NCBI RefSeq assembly: GCF_000143415.4 | Contig: NW_003314261.1 | Span: 620,001 to 684,000 of the forward strand | DNA: 64,000 nucleotides | Source of the DNA: Selaginella moellendorffii | Lineage: Eukaryota; Plantae; Lycopodiophyta | Direction of reading: 5' to 3' | In this document: piece by piece, positions 1 through 13,578 of the stretch | Position numbering within the stretch: the first letter of the stretch is position 1 | Layout: the number at the start of each line of letters is the position of its first letter | Translations under genes and position numbers: made by a program | Notes under the pieces: generated by a model | The model's input: only the letters and a program-made list of their open reading frames with translations | Databases searched by the model: none | Told to the model about the DNA's origin: nothing

Positions 1-631
1 CTCTTGCCTTTTCTGCTTGTGGTTGGCAGAAACTACTCACATTCATTCCAAGATAAGAGAAAACAAATCGATTTATATTATATAGAAAATACTTCTTTTT
101 TTTGTAAAGATTAAGTTCCCCAAAGGCAGATTGTTTTGTTCTAGGGTCGGCCCTTGCATCTCTATCCACCCATTCTCGAGCTTGAATAACTGTACGGCCA
201 TATCACAACTCACTTTTCATGATAGTCACAGGTTCACTGGTTGAGATGGAAATGGATTTTGTGCTACTTTAGATTTTATACTTAGACTTAGCAAGCATTA
301 CTAAACATGGATCTGTCTTCACTATGCAAAATTTCATTGAATAGAGATGTTATATTTAAGGAGGTGTGCGGCAGTTTACTAGTGATTTATAAAGTACAAA
401 AGAAAGGGAAGCTTGATTTACCTTTGTCTCGTGTTTAATGTAAAACTACACCTATATTATTTATTCAGGTCTCTCTTTCTTTTCTCTACAAACGGGGCAA
501 GATTGTTGCAGATACAACAATACGAGGAGAGCCTCGAGAAGTTGATGGATGAATACTCTTGAGAACCTAGACAAGTTTTATCGACAAACTTAAAAAGAAA
601 TTATACTAAAACAAAGAGCCACTCTATCTAG

Positions 632-2206
632 CTATTTATCAAATGCTAACAGTTTCTCGTCTTCTTCGTGTGACAGGCGCCTCCTCTTTGACGGGTCAGG
701 CTCAACGTAATGATTTCCTCCGAGACAAGCCAGGGCAATCATTTGGAGCATGCTGTCAAGCATCACGACCCTGTGTATGTTCGCCCCCCCTCGAGCGCCC
801 TGCTTCAAGCTCTGCGCCATCCGAATTCCAGCGGCTTTGAGAAGGTCATACTGCGTGTACCTCAGCACCACGTCCCCTATAGCAATTCGAAGCAGCCCTT
901 CATAAAACTTTTTTGCCCCGGACGAAAAAAAGCCACCGTCAACTTCATTACTCGGAAGTGGATACCACTACACCAACGAGCAGATTATGAGCCGTGTCAA
1001 GTAAAGCCTCCTCACCTCTGGAGCAATGTACAAGTCTCCCACGATGAACGGCCGCTTCAAGTATTTTGCACCCGATTTCTCCCGGTAGTTTTCACGCAGA
1101 AACTTGGTCCCAAGAGCAAACATCCTGTCAATGACAGCCTTTGAAGTTGGAGCCTGTCCTGATGGTCGAGTCGTCTCCACAAAATCTGTAACCAAAAGAC
1201 GCGGGTAAGAATTCGGAACATGAAAAACGAAAAAACACAACGAAACCCGAATACGCGCTGTCCGAGACTTTGTTACCACCCGCCAATATTTGACCTTCAG
1301 CTTTCAGAATTGCATACGTGAACTTGTGCTTGGAGAGGGCCAACAAGTACACTGCATGAAAAGAAAAAAAATGAATGAAAACATGAAAAAAAAAAGTACT
1401 TGGTTTGTAGTGTCTGTTCGACAAGTTGCACCTGACTTCAGGGCGAGCACAAGCTGCAGCCTGGGCAATTGCTTCCCACGTCTCGTTGGGCTTGAACTCG
1501 CTGATAAAGGCACATCGCTGTGCCGACAGGCGAAGCCGTTCCACCTCACACTCTGTTCGCTTGCGAGGCCCTTCATTGAACACAAACGCTCTCCCGTCGG
1601 TCCGGCCAGTATCTGCCACATCGTAAGGACCCTGAGGAGGTGCTTCCGTGTCGAGATGACTTCCGTCCGAGCTTGAGCTGTCGCTTCCCGATGCGTTACT
1701 GTCCTCGTGCAAGATGGCTTCAACTTCCTCCAAGGCATCGTTCTCCCCGGAAAGGAGAATGACAAAGCCCTTCTGATCCAGTTCATCTTCGTCACCATCT
1801 GCAATGGACTCTAGAAAAGAGGAATTGTACTCTGCATCAGTTGGCGTGGTGAATTTTTCAACCTGACGAATCAATTCCAAATGCCTGGGTCGGAAGTTGA
1901 GCTCTGTGATGCGTTCGTTGTACGATCTGCACAGGTCAAGGTTAACCTGGGGGTTGCGAGCAGGGATGAAAGAACTCACCTCTCGAAATCTGCCATGGAT
2001 GCGCTGATCAGGTGAAGGCAGGCATCGAGCGCATCCGCGTTCATCTTCCCGCCCTTGAACCTGTCGAAGGGGAGCTGAGAAACAGCCGCCTGGTGGCGGT
2101 GGATATTCAGGAACGGCTCCACAGCCTGGAGCACCCCAAAGTTGAACTCGCTCGGCGGAAAACGAAAAGGATCCGTCACCCCCCACACATGCTTCCTCGC
2201 CGCCAT
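632..2206 (-). CDS. Uncharacterised 5-exon protein (~454 aa) with PD-(D/E)XK nuclease-like motif and C-terminal NLS
   Basis: Manual GT-AG splicing (exons 2206-1980, 1926-1400, 1351-1247, 1185-1016, 967-632; 1365 nt) gives a stop-free frame MAARKHVWG...GRTDGRAF...FISEFKP...AIAQAAAC...PSKRRRL...FDK*. It is colinear with the pseudogene at 57097-58502 and shares three intron positions with it. Telo-box AAACCCTA lies just upstream. Confidence 0.7.
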
Positions 2207-5200
2207 CTCTTCGCCTCGCACAAACCCTAGGAAATTGATTTATTTATTAAAGCGTAGACACAGAATTGACTTGCACAAGCCTCAACTCGCCATCTTCATT
2301 CAGCTCGTTCAATTTTGTCCATGTGTTAGATGATGTCCTTCACGCCACGCTGGATTCCTGTTGTTTTTATTTGATTTTTATTTCTTTTTAAATTTTATGA
2401 AGAGTGCTTGCCTGACTTCAGTGCAGCAGTTTTCTGCGGAGATTCTTACTTGAAAAACGATGCCAGGACCAAGCAATTCTAGCCGTACTTGTGATTCCAT
2501 ACAAGAAGTGGCTGTACATAGAATGACAACATTGTGGAGCGCTAAACTAGACTAATTCTGTTAAGCATTATTCTAAAATTAGAATATAGTATACTTTTCA
2601 ATAATATAGATTTTAATATAGATAATGTTATGGCATACTAAATGTACAGAACTAGAATAGAATATCATTTTTTATGTGGAGCGCTATTATAAAACTGAAA
2701 TAAAATATAAATTAATATAGATGCCATATAATCCTCTTAAGCACTAGCAGGGTGCAATAGCTAGGCCTCTAGTAGCATGGCTGGCATGGCCGGGCTTCCA
2801 GCATTGTGGCTGCCATGGCTGCCTATGCATGCTCAACCACCTTATGGCTAGGTTAAGTTGTGCATTGCAAGATCAAAAAAAAATTCATCCACAAGAGTGA
2901 CTCAACAATAGTCTCTTTTAAAGGCTTTCATTTTATTTCTTTAGCAAGGAGTGAACATGCTATAAACTTTAGAAGCGGTAGTGTTCCTTGACTATTATTA
3001 TTTCCTTTCCAGCCATTAATCCCATTATGTTCTCTATTTAGTATATGATCAAGACACTTTAGCATAGATTACTATTACGAAGATAATGTTCACACTTTGT
3101 GAAAAATGCACCAACTTAAATGAATTATAAAGTAATCTCTCTTTGTAATGCAAAATGCATTAACTCTTAAACACCATTTGGTTGTAGGAAATAATTAACA
3201 AAGTTAACCACCCTTGCTACTTTAGGTGTCACCTTGGTTTTACAAAAATGATATGCATTGTTTACAAGTGATATATAGAAAGAAGATAAAGGCCCTAGTT
3301 TAGATAGACTAGAGTTGTTTACATGAACATACCTCTTTGAATAAAAAATAGGAATATTGAAAGAGAGGTGGGTTATATAACTAATCTATAATAATAATTA
3401 AATATTTCACTAGCTAAAGTTAATTTTCCTGTACTAAGATCAATATAATAAACAATATCAAAGTCATAGACAAAAATATCTTAGAGATACTAAATTATCA
3501 ATTAACAAATCTAAACATCTTAAGAAGCATACTAAGTAACTTACAAAAGATAATTGTAGCATAGATAATTTTCACCTTTTACCCTATAAGATTAATAGGG
3601 AATTTAAACCCTTGGACATGTGGGCCAAGAATAATGAAGTAGAACCTAAGTTTCAAGGCTTGAGCCACTGAATAAAGGGATATTGCCAAACTCCCTAGTT
3701 TATAGTTATGAATGATTAATACTCAGCTAAAACTAAAAAGAAAGACTATTATATGGATTTATATAGTATACAAACTTAATAAAGTGGCTTGCTTATTAAG
3801 CTAATCGGCCATTGGCAACTATTGGGTTGAATCAAGTTATATGCAATAATTTTATAGCCCGATCACTATCATCTACATGGAAATACATATTCTTTAGAAC
3901 ATATAGTGCCCATCCCACATGGCTCAAAACATGTACTATATGGCAAAATAGAGTCAAGTTTCCTTGCAAAACCCACCATTCTCCCTGCAAGATCATCAGT
4001 TGTGCAATGGATCTTGCAACAACTTTAGCACTAGATCCTAGCTGAAATTTGAGTGATCTATAAGAAATCCAAGCCAAGAGCCCTACAAATCTAGAGAACT
4101 ATGTTATGATGCCTTCAATTTGTCAGCCCTTTGCTGCTGCATTGTAGATGCTTAGAGGAAATCCACAACCATAAAAAAAATGTAAGGCACACAAGTCGCA
4201 AGCAAAAGAACACAAAACCCTAAACCTAGGAACAATGAGGTGCCATGTATACTACCTTAATAAGCTTGCCATATACAGTTCACGAGCACAGGCTTCTGTC
4301 CTGCTAAAACACACTTGCTGGGCTAATTATTCTAAATTAGCCATAATAATAAAGCTATCTCAACCATAAATAATAAAGCTAGACATCACTATAATTGGCC
4401 AAAGTGTAAGCCTAAGAATAAATCAAAATTACAGAATACATAAGGGTCATCTTTCTAAAAAATGCAACACCCACTTTTCCACTAACTCTAGAAATTGTCT
4501 TAGCCCTAAAAACTTAATATCTCTTTTAGGTTAACAAATTATTTATTAAAGTCCAAGAGTCAACTCCACCCCTTCACTAGTTTGCAATGGTTGGGAAAAT
4601 AGAATAAGTTTTGAACAATAGATAAACCATAAGATTTGTGATAAAATTCCCATCCAAGAGAACAGTGACTCAGTTTTAATGTAAAACTTAACCAACTTCC
4701 AATTCTCATAGCCCAATATAATGCAGAAGTGTTTAAAACATGCTTATAATTAGATAACAATATATAGGAACATAAATAAATATGGATTAAATGATTATTC
4801 AAATCTGATTGAGCAATAATAGGCCTATCAACTAATCTACATCATAAAAGAACTAATAGTTATAAATGACCAACACCCAATTGAAACTAAAAAATGAAAA
4901 CCATTATATGGATTTATATAGGTATACAACCTCCTAAAGAACAAGATTATAGTAAGAGTATTAATATGTCAACCATAAACAATTAAGTTGGACATCACCA
5001 TATGCAACCAAGGTGTGCCACCAAGACAAAGTCAAATTAATGAGAGCATAGAACATATTTAGAGTGTAAACCAAATGCAAGGTGCAATCTACCATCAAAC
5101 ACAACACTACAAAATATACAAAAGTCATATTTTTAGAAAAGTGCAATAACTATTTTTTTTACTAACTCTAAACTCTATCTAACTCAACTCCAACACTAGT

Positions 5201-7199
5201 TTAAAATATCTTGAAAAAAATTAGAATGATTTTCAAATAAAATGATCAATAAATCCAAGATAATTTGTGGAAAAATTCCATCCAAGAGAACATTAACTCT
5301 TAGTTCAAGAATGCAAGGCTTAACAACCTTACTCCTACTTACAACTTCTGCCAAGATCTTCTAGACACATGAAAAGTTTCCTCACTTAGCATCTTGAGAA
5401 AAAGAGAAAGAAAAAAGTGAAACCATTTAGACCATATGTCTTTAAATTTCTCAAAGTTTTAGGTGTTGACAAACCAGATATCAATTGCCCAGATGTGCCT
5501 CTTCATCTGCATTAGTGTAGGTCACATGCATGATTATGAGAACTTACTGCAGCCTCCTGGTTGGGCTCCTCAATGGATACTCATCCTCCTGATTACTTGG
5601 CTCCAACTCTCTACCTTATCATATAGGGGCAAAGATCCACCTTTGGAAGAGCCCGAGCATGCACCCTGAATTGCTCTAAATTGAGGGAACTTTGGATTGC
5701 GGATGATGTGATCATCTTATCCAAGCATCACACTAAGTTGCTACTGCTGTTCCATCTGCTTGTGCCATCTCGTTTTGGTTTTCTGGGGCAAATTGGCACA
5801 TAGAAGGCACTCTGTGGATAAATAAATCACAGTGTGTGCCTAACACCTGATATTTGTGCGAGGGTGGACTACTGAGTTCTCACTTGCAAGTGTGCCCTAA
5901 ACACGTGTTAAATTCCTGTCTCACCTTAATAAGCACACAAGCTATCTCATCGGCTCAGCAAACATTAGGAAATTTCTTACCTACCAAGCCTTGTTAGATG
6001 ATGATTAGTCTGTAACCTTTTAGATAAATTAATGATTAACACTAAATGGACCTTTTAGATGTATGGTTAACGAAATAAGTTCGGTGGTCGTGAAGACAAA
6101 AAAACAAGAGGGCTTTCAAGCTCATGGCCCAGCAAGTGAGGGAGCAAAAATTGTAGGGAGCCTCACAACCTTCTAGTGCCAAATTGCCAATCTTACCGCT
6201 TTTAGGGCACGGCCATGCAAACCCTGAGTGGCAAGATAGTGCCCACATCGCCCCACGGAAAAGAAAAGCCAAAGCTTCCAGCAGCGATGGAGGAGCCAGC
6301 ATGGACAAGATGAGAGCCGGGCAGGGTTCTGTGTGGCGAATTCGCTGGGGAATCATCTCAAACGTGGCAACTGGATTAAGTTCTTGGTGGAGATATGCAA
6401 AACAATTTCTAGGGGCAACTTGAAGAGCTTGGTGTTTGTGCAACACAAGTTGGCAGAGATTTGGAGCTTACACAAGTTAAGTAGCAGAGATGGAAAAGAC
6501 AACTTCTGGGGTCAACCTCAAAAGATTGATGACACCTTTATTGACATTGTCGAGATGCTGCGAGTTTGCTAAGGAGATAACGACTTAAACCGCAGGTTAA
6601 GGAAATGAAATTTAAACTATGACGAGCATTGGAATGGAAAACCATATTGTAATTTGTATTCCATTTTTAGAATAATGCTTGACAGAATCATGTGTTAACT
6701 TCAGTAAAAACTCATAATATGCTTCAGAAAATCCTATATTATATATAGATTCATTTCTAGTTTCAAAAAACATGTTAGATGGTTGAAAACATTCACACTA
6801 TATGTTTTTTCTGAGAGCTAAGTGAATAAAAAAAATCATGTATGGAATGAAAACCATATTCACGGAGCGCTGTTATAAACTTGGGGGATGCAACTGAAAG
6901 AGAAACCGCTGACACCAACAAGTGGGAGGGCTAAGGATCGGGAATAGTGTGGGATATGGATTTACAGGAGCTTACGAGCAACTTCAGGAATCAGCGGGGA
7001 ACACAGGCTCGAGTGGTACCAATGGGGTTCCTCGCAGTCACCATATATATAAAATTATTATATTGCGGGATAAAAAATTATTGGAACAATCTGATCTTTT
7101 TCAGGTGATCTTTGTATGCTTTCTTAGTCTGATAAACCATAAACTTGAAAGCTTTTCAGGTGAAAGATTTTCTGGAACAAAGGGTGCAAGAACTTGAAA

Positions 7200-7808
7200 G
7201 CACTGATCTGACCTCCCAGCTGCAATACAACAGTATGGTGTTTAAGTTTTAATAAGCTAGGAGCAGAAATCGCTGGCGAGTTATACACTTACTGACAAAT
7301 AGCAGGACCCGGGACCTATTGCTTAACATCTCCAAGGTACGTTCGATTCACAGGGATTAGCAGCAAAACGAAGCTCACGTCCTGATCGATCTGCAGGTTT
7401 CTAGATGGGCTCGAGAACTCGCTGCAGAGAACGAGAACGAGCTGGAGCTTCGGATTGCGCTTAGTCTGGTGTGAGCAGAAAAGTCCTGGTCCAAGAGTGG
7501 ACAATAGGAGGGAAACACTCATGGTGGAGAAAACTTATGGCTTGGGCAGCTCCGCGAGCAATAGTCGAGAGGTTTCATGGAACAGCCAGCCAGCTTGTTG
7601 TTCTTCTCGGCAGTGCAGGAGGCTTCCGTTTGTGAGGTACTTGTAATGAGAAGCAGGTCTGTTCTGTCCAGGCAGTAACCAAGAACAGGTACCAAGTGAG
7701 CATGTTTCATTCTCCCGAGGATTTGTACTTCCGATCAATACCACCAGAACACAGCTTCTTCACAGCTACCATTTCACCTCTATCGAGAACAGCCATGATA
7801 CACCAATC
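7200..7808 (-). pseudogene. Receptor-like kinase domain fragment, frameshifted
   Basis: AVLDRGEMVAVKKL, KHAHLVPVLGYC and YKYLTNGSL (subdomains II-V) are spread over three frames. Left boundary approximate. Confidence 0.7.
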
Positions 7809-8495
7809 CGGTATGATCCTTGTGGGGATGACTACGTTGAGGCCTACTTCAACAAACAGGACGTCCAACAAGCTCTCCATGCCAACGTAACAGGCATTCC
7901 TTACAACTGGACGGGATGCAGGTTCCAACTTAGTTTGATTACTTTGTACCGATCTTATCTTTATGTTGCAGCGAAACGATTAACACCAACTGGCAAGATT
8001 CGGATGAGACAATGCTGCCGATTTATAGAAAGCTGATGAAAGCCGGACTAAGAATCTGGGTATACAGGTAACTATTCATTGGCTACTTGAGGCACTCTTA
8101 TTCTAACTGTACAGTGTAGATGTTGACTTGGTAGTTCCAGTGACGTCTTCAGGATACTCGGTTGAGGAACTCAAGCTTAACACAACTAAACCGTGGTATC
8201 CATGGTACTGAAACAAACAGATAGCATCAAATTTGCCTTGGACCTCCATATCTGGTATGTCTCTTCACCAGGTTGGTGGATACATGGGAATTTACGATGG
8301 GCTAACATTTGTGACGGTCCGAGCCACTGATCATGCGGTACCAATGTTCCAACGCGGCTGTACCTTCACGCTCATAAAATCCTTCCTAGCTGGAAATCCA
8401 ATGCCATTGTGGTCAGCTGCTTTCCTTCTTTGGTTGTGATGGCTCAGAATCTCACAAAGTGAGAGAATGAATTGACAAGACAATTACCAAGGTAA
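7809..8495 (+). pseudogene. Duplicated 3' fragment of the SCPL gene (inverted copy of ~18790-19530)
   Basis: Closely matches the reverse complement of the last SCPL exons, introns and 3' flank. Premature stop (TGGTACTGA vs TGGTACCGA) and a small deletion at a splice acceptor. Confidence 0.9.
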
Positions 8496-8745
8496 CTTTG
8501 TTGAGTTCGTTCTAGCAGGTGAACATGTCCATCCACAAGCCAGATGCATCCCATGTTTTGCAATGATTTGGCAAGTGAGACATCAAGAGGTGAAGTTTCT
8601 TTTTTCTTGTCCTTAGTCATTCCATGATTTTTATTGTTTTTTGGTTTGCTTAGGGGGACTGTAGTGGATATGCTTGAATATTCTAGGATATTCTACTATC
8701 TAATAGTTATTATTCATTTTGATTATTTATAATTTATAAACATGT

Positions 8746-8921
8746 TGTGAGTGCTTAGAATATGGAAAGGGAATATAGAAAATGTGCATATCAATTAACC
8801 CAAAAACCCTAACTTATATATAAGAGCGAGTGGTCCGGATTAAAATCAATCCGACGGCTACCAAAATCCCACTATGCTAATATTAATATACGGCATTGTA
8901 ACCGTACATTTAGCCCTCACA
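8746..8921 (-). repeat. 3' LTR (176 bp)
   Basis: TGTGAG...CTCACA termini; direct repeat of 13579-13724; preceded on the minus strand by the PPT. Confidence 0.9.
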
Positions 8922-8924
8922 TCA

Positions 8925-8936
8925 TCCCCTCCTCTC
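8925..8936 (-). promoter_or_regulatory. Polypurine tract of the LTR element
   Basis: Minus strand GAGAGGAGGGGA just before the 3' LTR. Confidence 0.8.
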
Positions 8937-11900
8937 GGAATAATGGAAGGCCGTCAAGGTTCTCTTGTAGATGGGCCGGGATCTGAAGGAACGTTAGGAG
9001 GAGGCATTGGTGGATCTATAAATGGTATTAACTACTCTTGATCCCTTTGTATGAAGCGTTTCAACCGCTGCACATGCATAATCTCTGGAGGATCAATCTA
9101 CTGAACATCATGCTGAACCGCATAAACTTGTGGTCCAACTTGCCACAACACTCGATACGGTCCTTTCCACTATGCAAGGAGCCCCTTAGATAAACCACAT
9201 ACCGTAAGATGGGGAAAACGGACTAACACCAAATCATCCACTTTGTATTCCGCAGGTGGATGATGATGGGAGTTGTAGCGCTGTTGTTGTCCCACATGTA
9301 TGCGGCCTAAGTGTTCGGTAAACTCTGCTTGGACAAGTGGAAGAATGCTCGTCAAATATTGATCCCAGGACCTAGCATCGGGAGCTCGTGGCAATCGCGA
9401 AGGTAAACTTAACTCTGTTGGTAATATTGGATTATGACCATATAGGAGCTTATATAATGAAGCACCAACAGAACTCTACACCCCTGTGACATAGGCATAC
9501 CAAAGAGATGGCAAATAACCATCCTAATTCGAATGTTGAAAGTTCACATACTTTGCAATTATCCCTTTGTCCGAACAAGCCGTTCCACCAGACCGTCTGA
9601 TTGTGGATGATAAGCACTCATGAAAGTGTGGCGTATCCCCAACCGAGATGTCAAAACATGAAATGCCTTAGCCATAAATGCAGGACCATTATCCAAAAGA
9701 ATCCGCTCTGGACAAGAATGTTGGAACACCACACGATTAAGGAGGAAGTATCCAACAGCAGTTGCCGAGGCGCTAGCAAGAGCACCAACTTCCACCCAAC
9801 GAGTCAAGTAATTAGAAGCAATAATAACATACTCATTGCCAGCAATCGACCGTGGAAAAGGTCCCATAAAATTAAATGCCACCAACTCAAACGGACAGGA
9901 AACTACAATTGACTCCAACCGTCTTCCACAGCACAAAGGGGAGTATTATGAGCTTGGCACCAAACGCAGCTACGCACATATCGGATAATATCACGTCGCA
10001 TCTCCGGCTAATAGAAAGACCTGCGCAGCTTCTCGGTCACATGACGATGTCCCATATGCCCACCTAGAATAGGAGAATCATGGTAGGCATGGAGAAACTG
10101 CGGAATAAAGATAGAAGGCACCACCAGTTGTAAATGATTATCAGGATCCATCCCCACAAAATAAAGAAGGCCATTTTCAAGACAATATTCAAAATGTAAA
10201 TGCCAAAAAGGCAAATCATCAGCAAGTGATGTAGGATTCTTAAATGCATCTCGAAGCCTTCGAATCCACGGCTCAATCTTTTGAGCCTCACGAACCTCAT
10301 CAAGAGAAAGTAGATCTTGCTCTGCGCCTTGTGGACACTGAACGTCAAGTATAGCAACTGCCGATGGCATAAAATCCTCGTTTAGAAAATCCATAGATGC
10401 TGGAACAATAAGCTCATTAAAAATATGATAAGAGAGTGGAGAAGGAAGAGGAGCTCGAGAAAGGGCATCAACATCAGCCATAGAACTCTTGGGCGATGAA
10501 CAACATCAAAATTATATATCTGAAACTTCAAAGCCCACCGAGCAATACGACCAACCAGGTTCTTTCGCTTCAATAATGAAGTAACGGCATCATGGTCACC
10601 TTCAAGTAATGTCTGAGAACCATGTAGATATGCATGAAGTTTCTTGAAACCCCAAACTGCTGCTAAACACTCCTTCTCTATCGTGGAGTAGTTCACCTTT
10701 GTTGGTTATAACGTATGGCTTATATATGCAATGGGATGACGCTGACCAGGCACACTCGGACTTTCTTGCATCAATACACCTCCAAGACCAATATTAGAAG
10801 CATCTACATGCAAAATAAAAGGTCGAGTGTAGTCAGGATATGCCAAAACCGGAGGAGTCGTCAACAGCTCTTTGAGATCCACAAACGCCTGCTCACAAGT
10901 TGAAGACCAGATGAAAGATGATATTAATGACTTCAGCAACGCTCGCAACAATGCAATGTGATCAGAAAGATGATCCACAAAACGACCGAAATATTGCACC
11001 TTGCCCAAGAAGCGCTGCACATCATTCACACATTTCGGAGTAGGGAACTTTAGAATGGCTACAAATTTGTTAGGATCAACTTGCAAACCTTCACGAGAAA
11101 TATAATACCCAAGATAAGTTGTGTCCTTGGACCCAAACACACAATTTGATCGCTTCAGCTTTAAACCAATGTCCCATAGCCGATCCAACACTTTACACAC
11201 ATCACGAATGTGCTCCTCCCATGTCCCCTCTGAGTGAATCAAGACATTATCAATGAAGTCAACAGTCACTTCTGGCATATCACAAAGAACCTTGTCCATC
11301 ATCCGCTGGAAAGTTGTTGGAGCATTGTTCAAACCAAACGACATCACCAAGAACTCGTACAAACTAAACAGTGTACGAAAAGCAGTCTTAGGAATATCTT
11401 CTTCGGCCATCGGTACTTGCTAATACCCAGAAGCAAGATCGAGCTTGGTGAACCAATGACTTTGCCCTAGACAATCCAAGAGATCAGCAATGTGAGGAAG
11501 AGGGTACACATTTAAGATTGTCACTTCATTTAACGGATGATAGTCGATGCAAAAACGAATACTCCCATCAGGTTTCGTCACAAGATGAGGTTCACATGCC
11601 CAAGGACTCCGTGACTTTCGAATAACACCCTTCTCCAACATCTCCTTGACATTTGCATGTAAAATCTTGATCTCCTTGGGTGACCGACGACGAACATGAA
11701 CCTTGATTAGACGAGCATCCCCGGTTGGAATCGGATGACGTGTGGCAATCTTGGTCCCAGACAATAAGTCAAATTCAAAGAGATCAAAATACTCCTTCAT
11801 GAGCCGGTCAATAGCTGCAATACAAAGATCATCGGAGGGATCGAAAAAGGGAAGAGCAGAACAAGATGGAAACATAAGAGGAAATAGTGGGGGAACAAAA

Positions 11901-13566
11901 GTAATGGAAGCAGAGGTAGAAGTAGAGGGACAAAGAGGTACGGAAGTGAGAGGAATGGATGAAACATAAGGAAATATGAGACAAGGGGGAGAAGCCTCAA
12001 AGTCACACTTGGCATAATTGTGCTGCAACCAATTCATACCAAGAATGAGGTCAAAAGCTTGACTCGGCACCACCCGCAACGACTGCAACTCAAGCTCGAG
12101 ATCACCCACACGCACAACCAGGTCCACCTCATCTCGTGCACATGCATGTGTATGGCCATTGCTATAAAGAATGAAAACTGGATCCGCCGCACAATGCAAG
12201 TGTAGACGATAAGGTGTGGCAACAGGTCGAGCAATAGAAGATAAACTCAAACCTGTATCAACTAATATGGAGAGAATAATAGAAGACCTCTTGTTATAAA
12301 AATGAGCTTGGAAAGTAAACATTAGATGAACCGGTGCCAAATGAACCCTTTGATGATACTCCTGAAAGAAAGATGGAAGGGTCACTAACTTATTTGCACA
12401 AGGTCCCTCCGTTACTTGCATGACTCCTCGTTTCCTGGATGCACCTCGGTGTCCAAACCTTCCACCGCAGCAGCACCAACGGGACGTTGCTGACGCTAAA
12501 GTCTCCACCTAGGAAATGGAGGTCGCCAATCCGGAAAGCACCGACAACGCCGATAAGTATGACCAACTTCATCACACGCCCAACAACGAACATCATGGCC
12601 ACGACCACATCCTCACCCTTGTCCTTGGACTCGAGTAGCAGCAGCATCAACCTCCATTGGAACAGAGCCATCACTCATAGGAAGTGGAGCTGAAGGACGT
12701 GCAGCAAGAAATGGAAGAGGCGACGTCTTATAACGTTGTGCCAAGTGAAGAGCATCATCAAGGGTGGCAGGAGCAAGTGCATATACAAGTCCGACAAGAT
12801 TTTGACGAAGTGCTGGCCACAACATTCCTAGCTTGATCCGCTCCGATATATTTGGCTCCGCACGAAGCAAAAGACTTCGGAAATGAACGCTAAATTGCAT
12901 CACCGACTCAGATGGCCTTTAGCGAAGACGATGCAATTGTTAGAAAGCATCATCATAGTCATCGGCATGTCTGAAGGCGCGTTTGAAGACATCCAGAAGA
13001 ACACTCCAATCCCCACGAGTGGCTGCTCCCAAACCGTTGTACCATTGCAACACCATCCCTTGGAGACACGTGGGAAACTCACGCAAACATCGAGCATCAT
13101 CCCAAGAATGATATGTGGCAATCACCGTAAAGTGATCGAACCAATGGTACACATCATCCCCAGGATTCCCGCGAAAGAACTCCGGCCGAACGCGAGGATT
13201 AACACCAAGAGTAGGAGGAGTTGTACCATATGCCGTGAATGCCGCCATCAACTAAGTTTGGTTGTTCAATTGCAAGCGCATAGCATCAAGCAATTGTACC
13301 AACTGTTGCTCCAGAGTCAAAGGAGGAGATTGATGATCTACTATGGAGACGAATGAAAAAGAAAGAGCAAAAAAAGAGAAATGACAAAAAGCTAGAAAGA
13401 AATGGTAAATCTAAACAATGCAAAAAGCTAGATCTAAACCAAAATCTTGAAAGGAAAGAACAAAAGAAAGGAAATGGAAAAAACTAAATCTAGACAATGC
13501 AAAAAGCTAGATCTAAATCAAAATCCCAAATTCAAGCCTTTCTTAGAGACAATCAAAGGTGCCCTT

Positions 13567-13577
13567 CATCTCCACCA
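13567..13577 (-). promoter_or_regulatory. Primer-binding site complementary to the tRNA-Ala 3' end
   Basis: Minus strand TGGTGGAGATG, 1 nt from the 5' LTR, is the complement of ...CATCTCCA-CCA of tRNA-Ala. Confidence 0.8.
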
Positions 13578-13578
13578 A

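Noticed and set aside
1128-2186. 352-aa ORF as a single-exon gene
   Set aside because: It reads through introns (poly-F stretch); the spliced model 632-2206 fits paralogue homology better.
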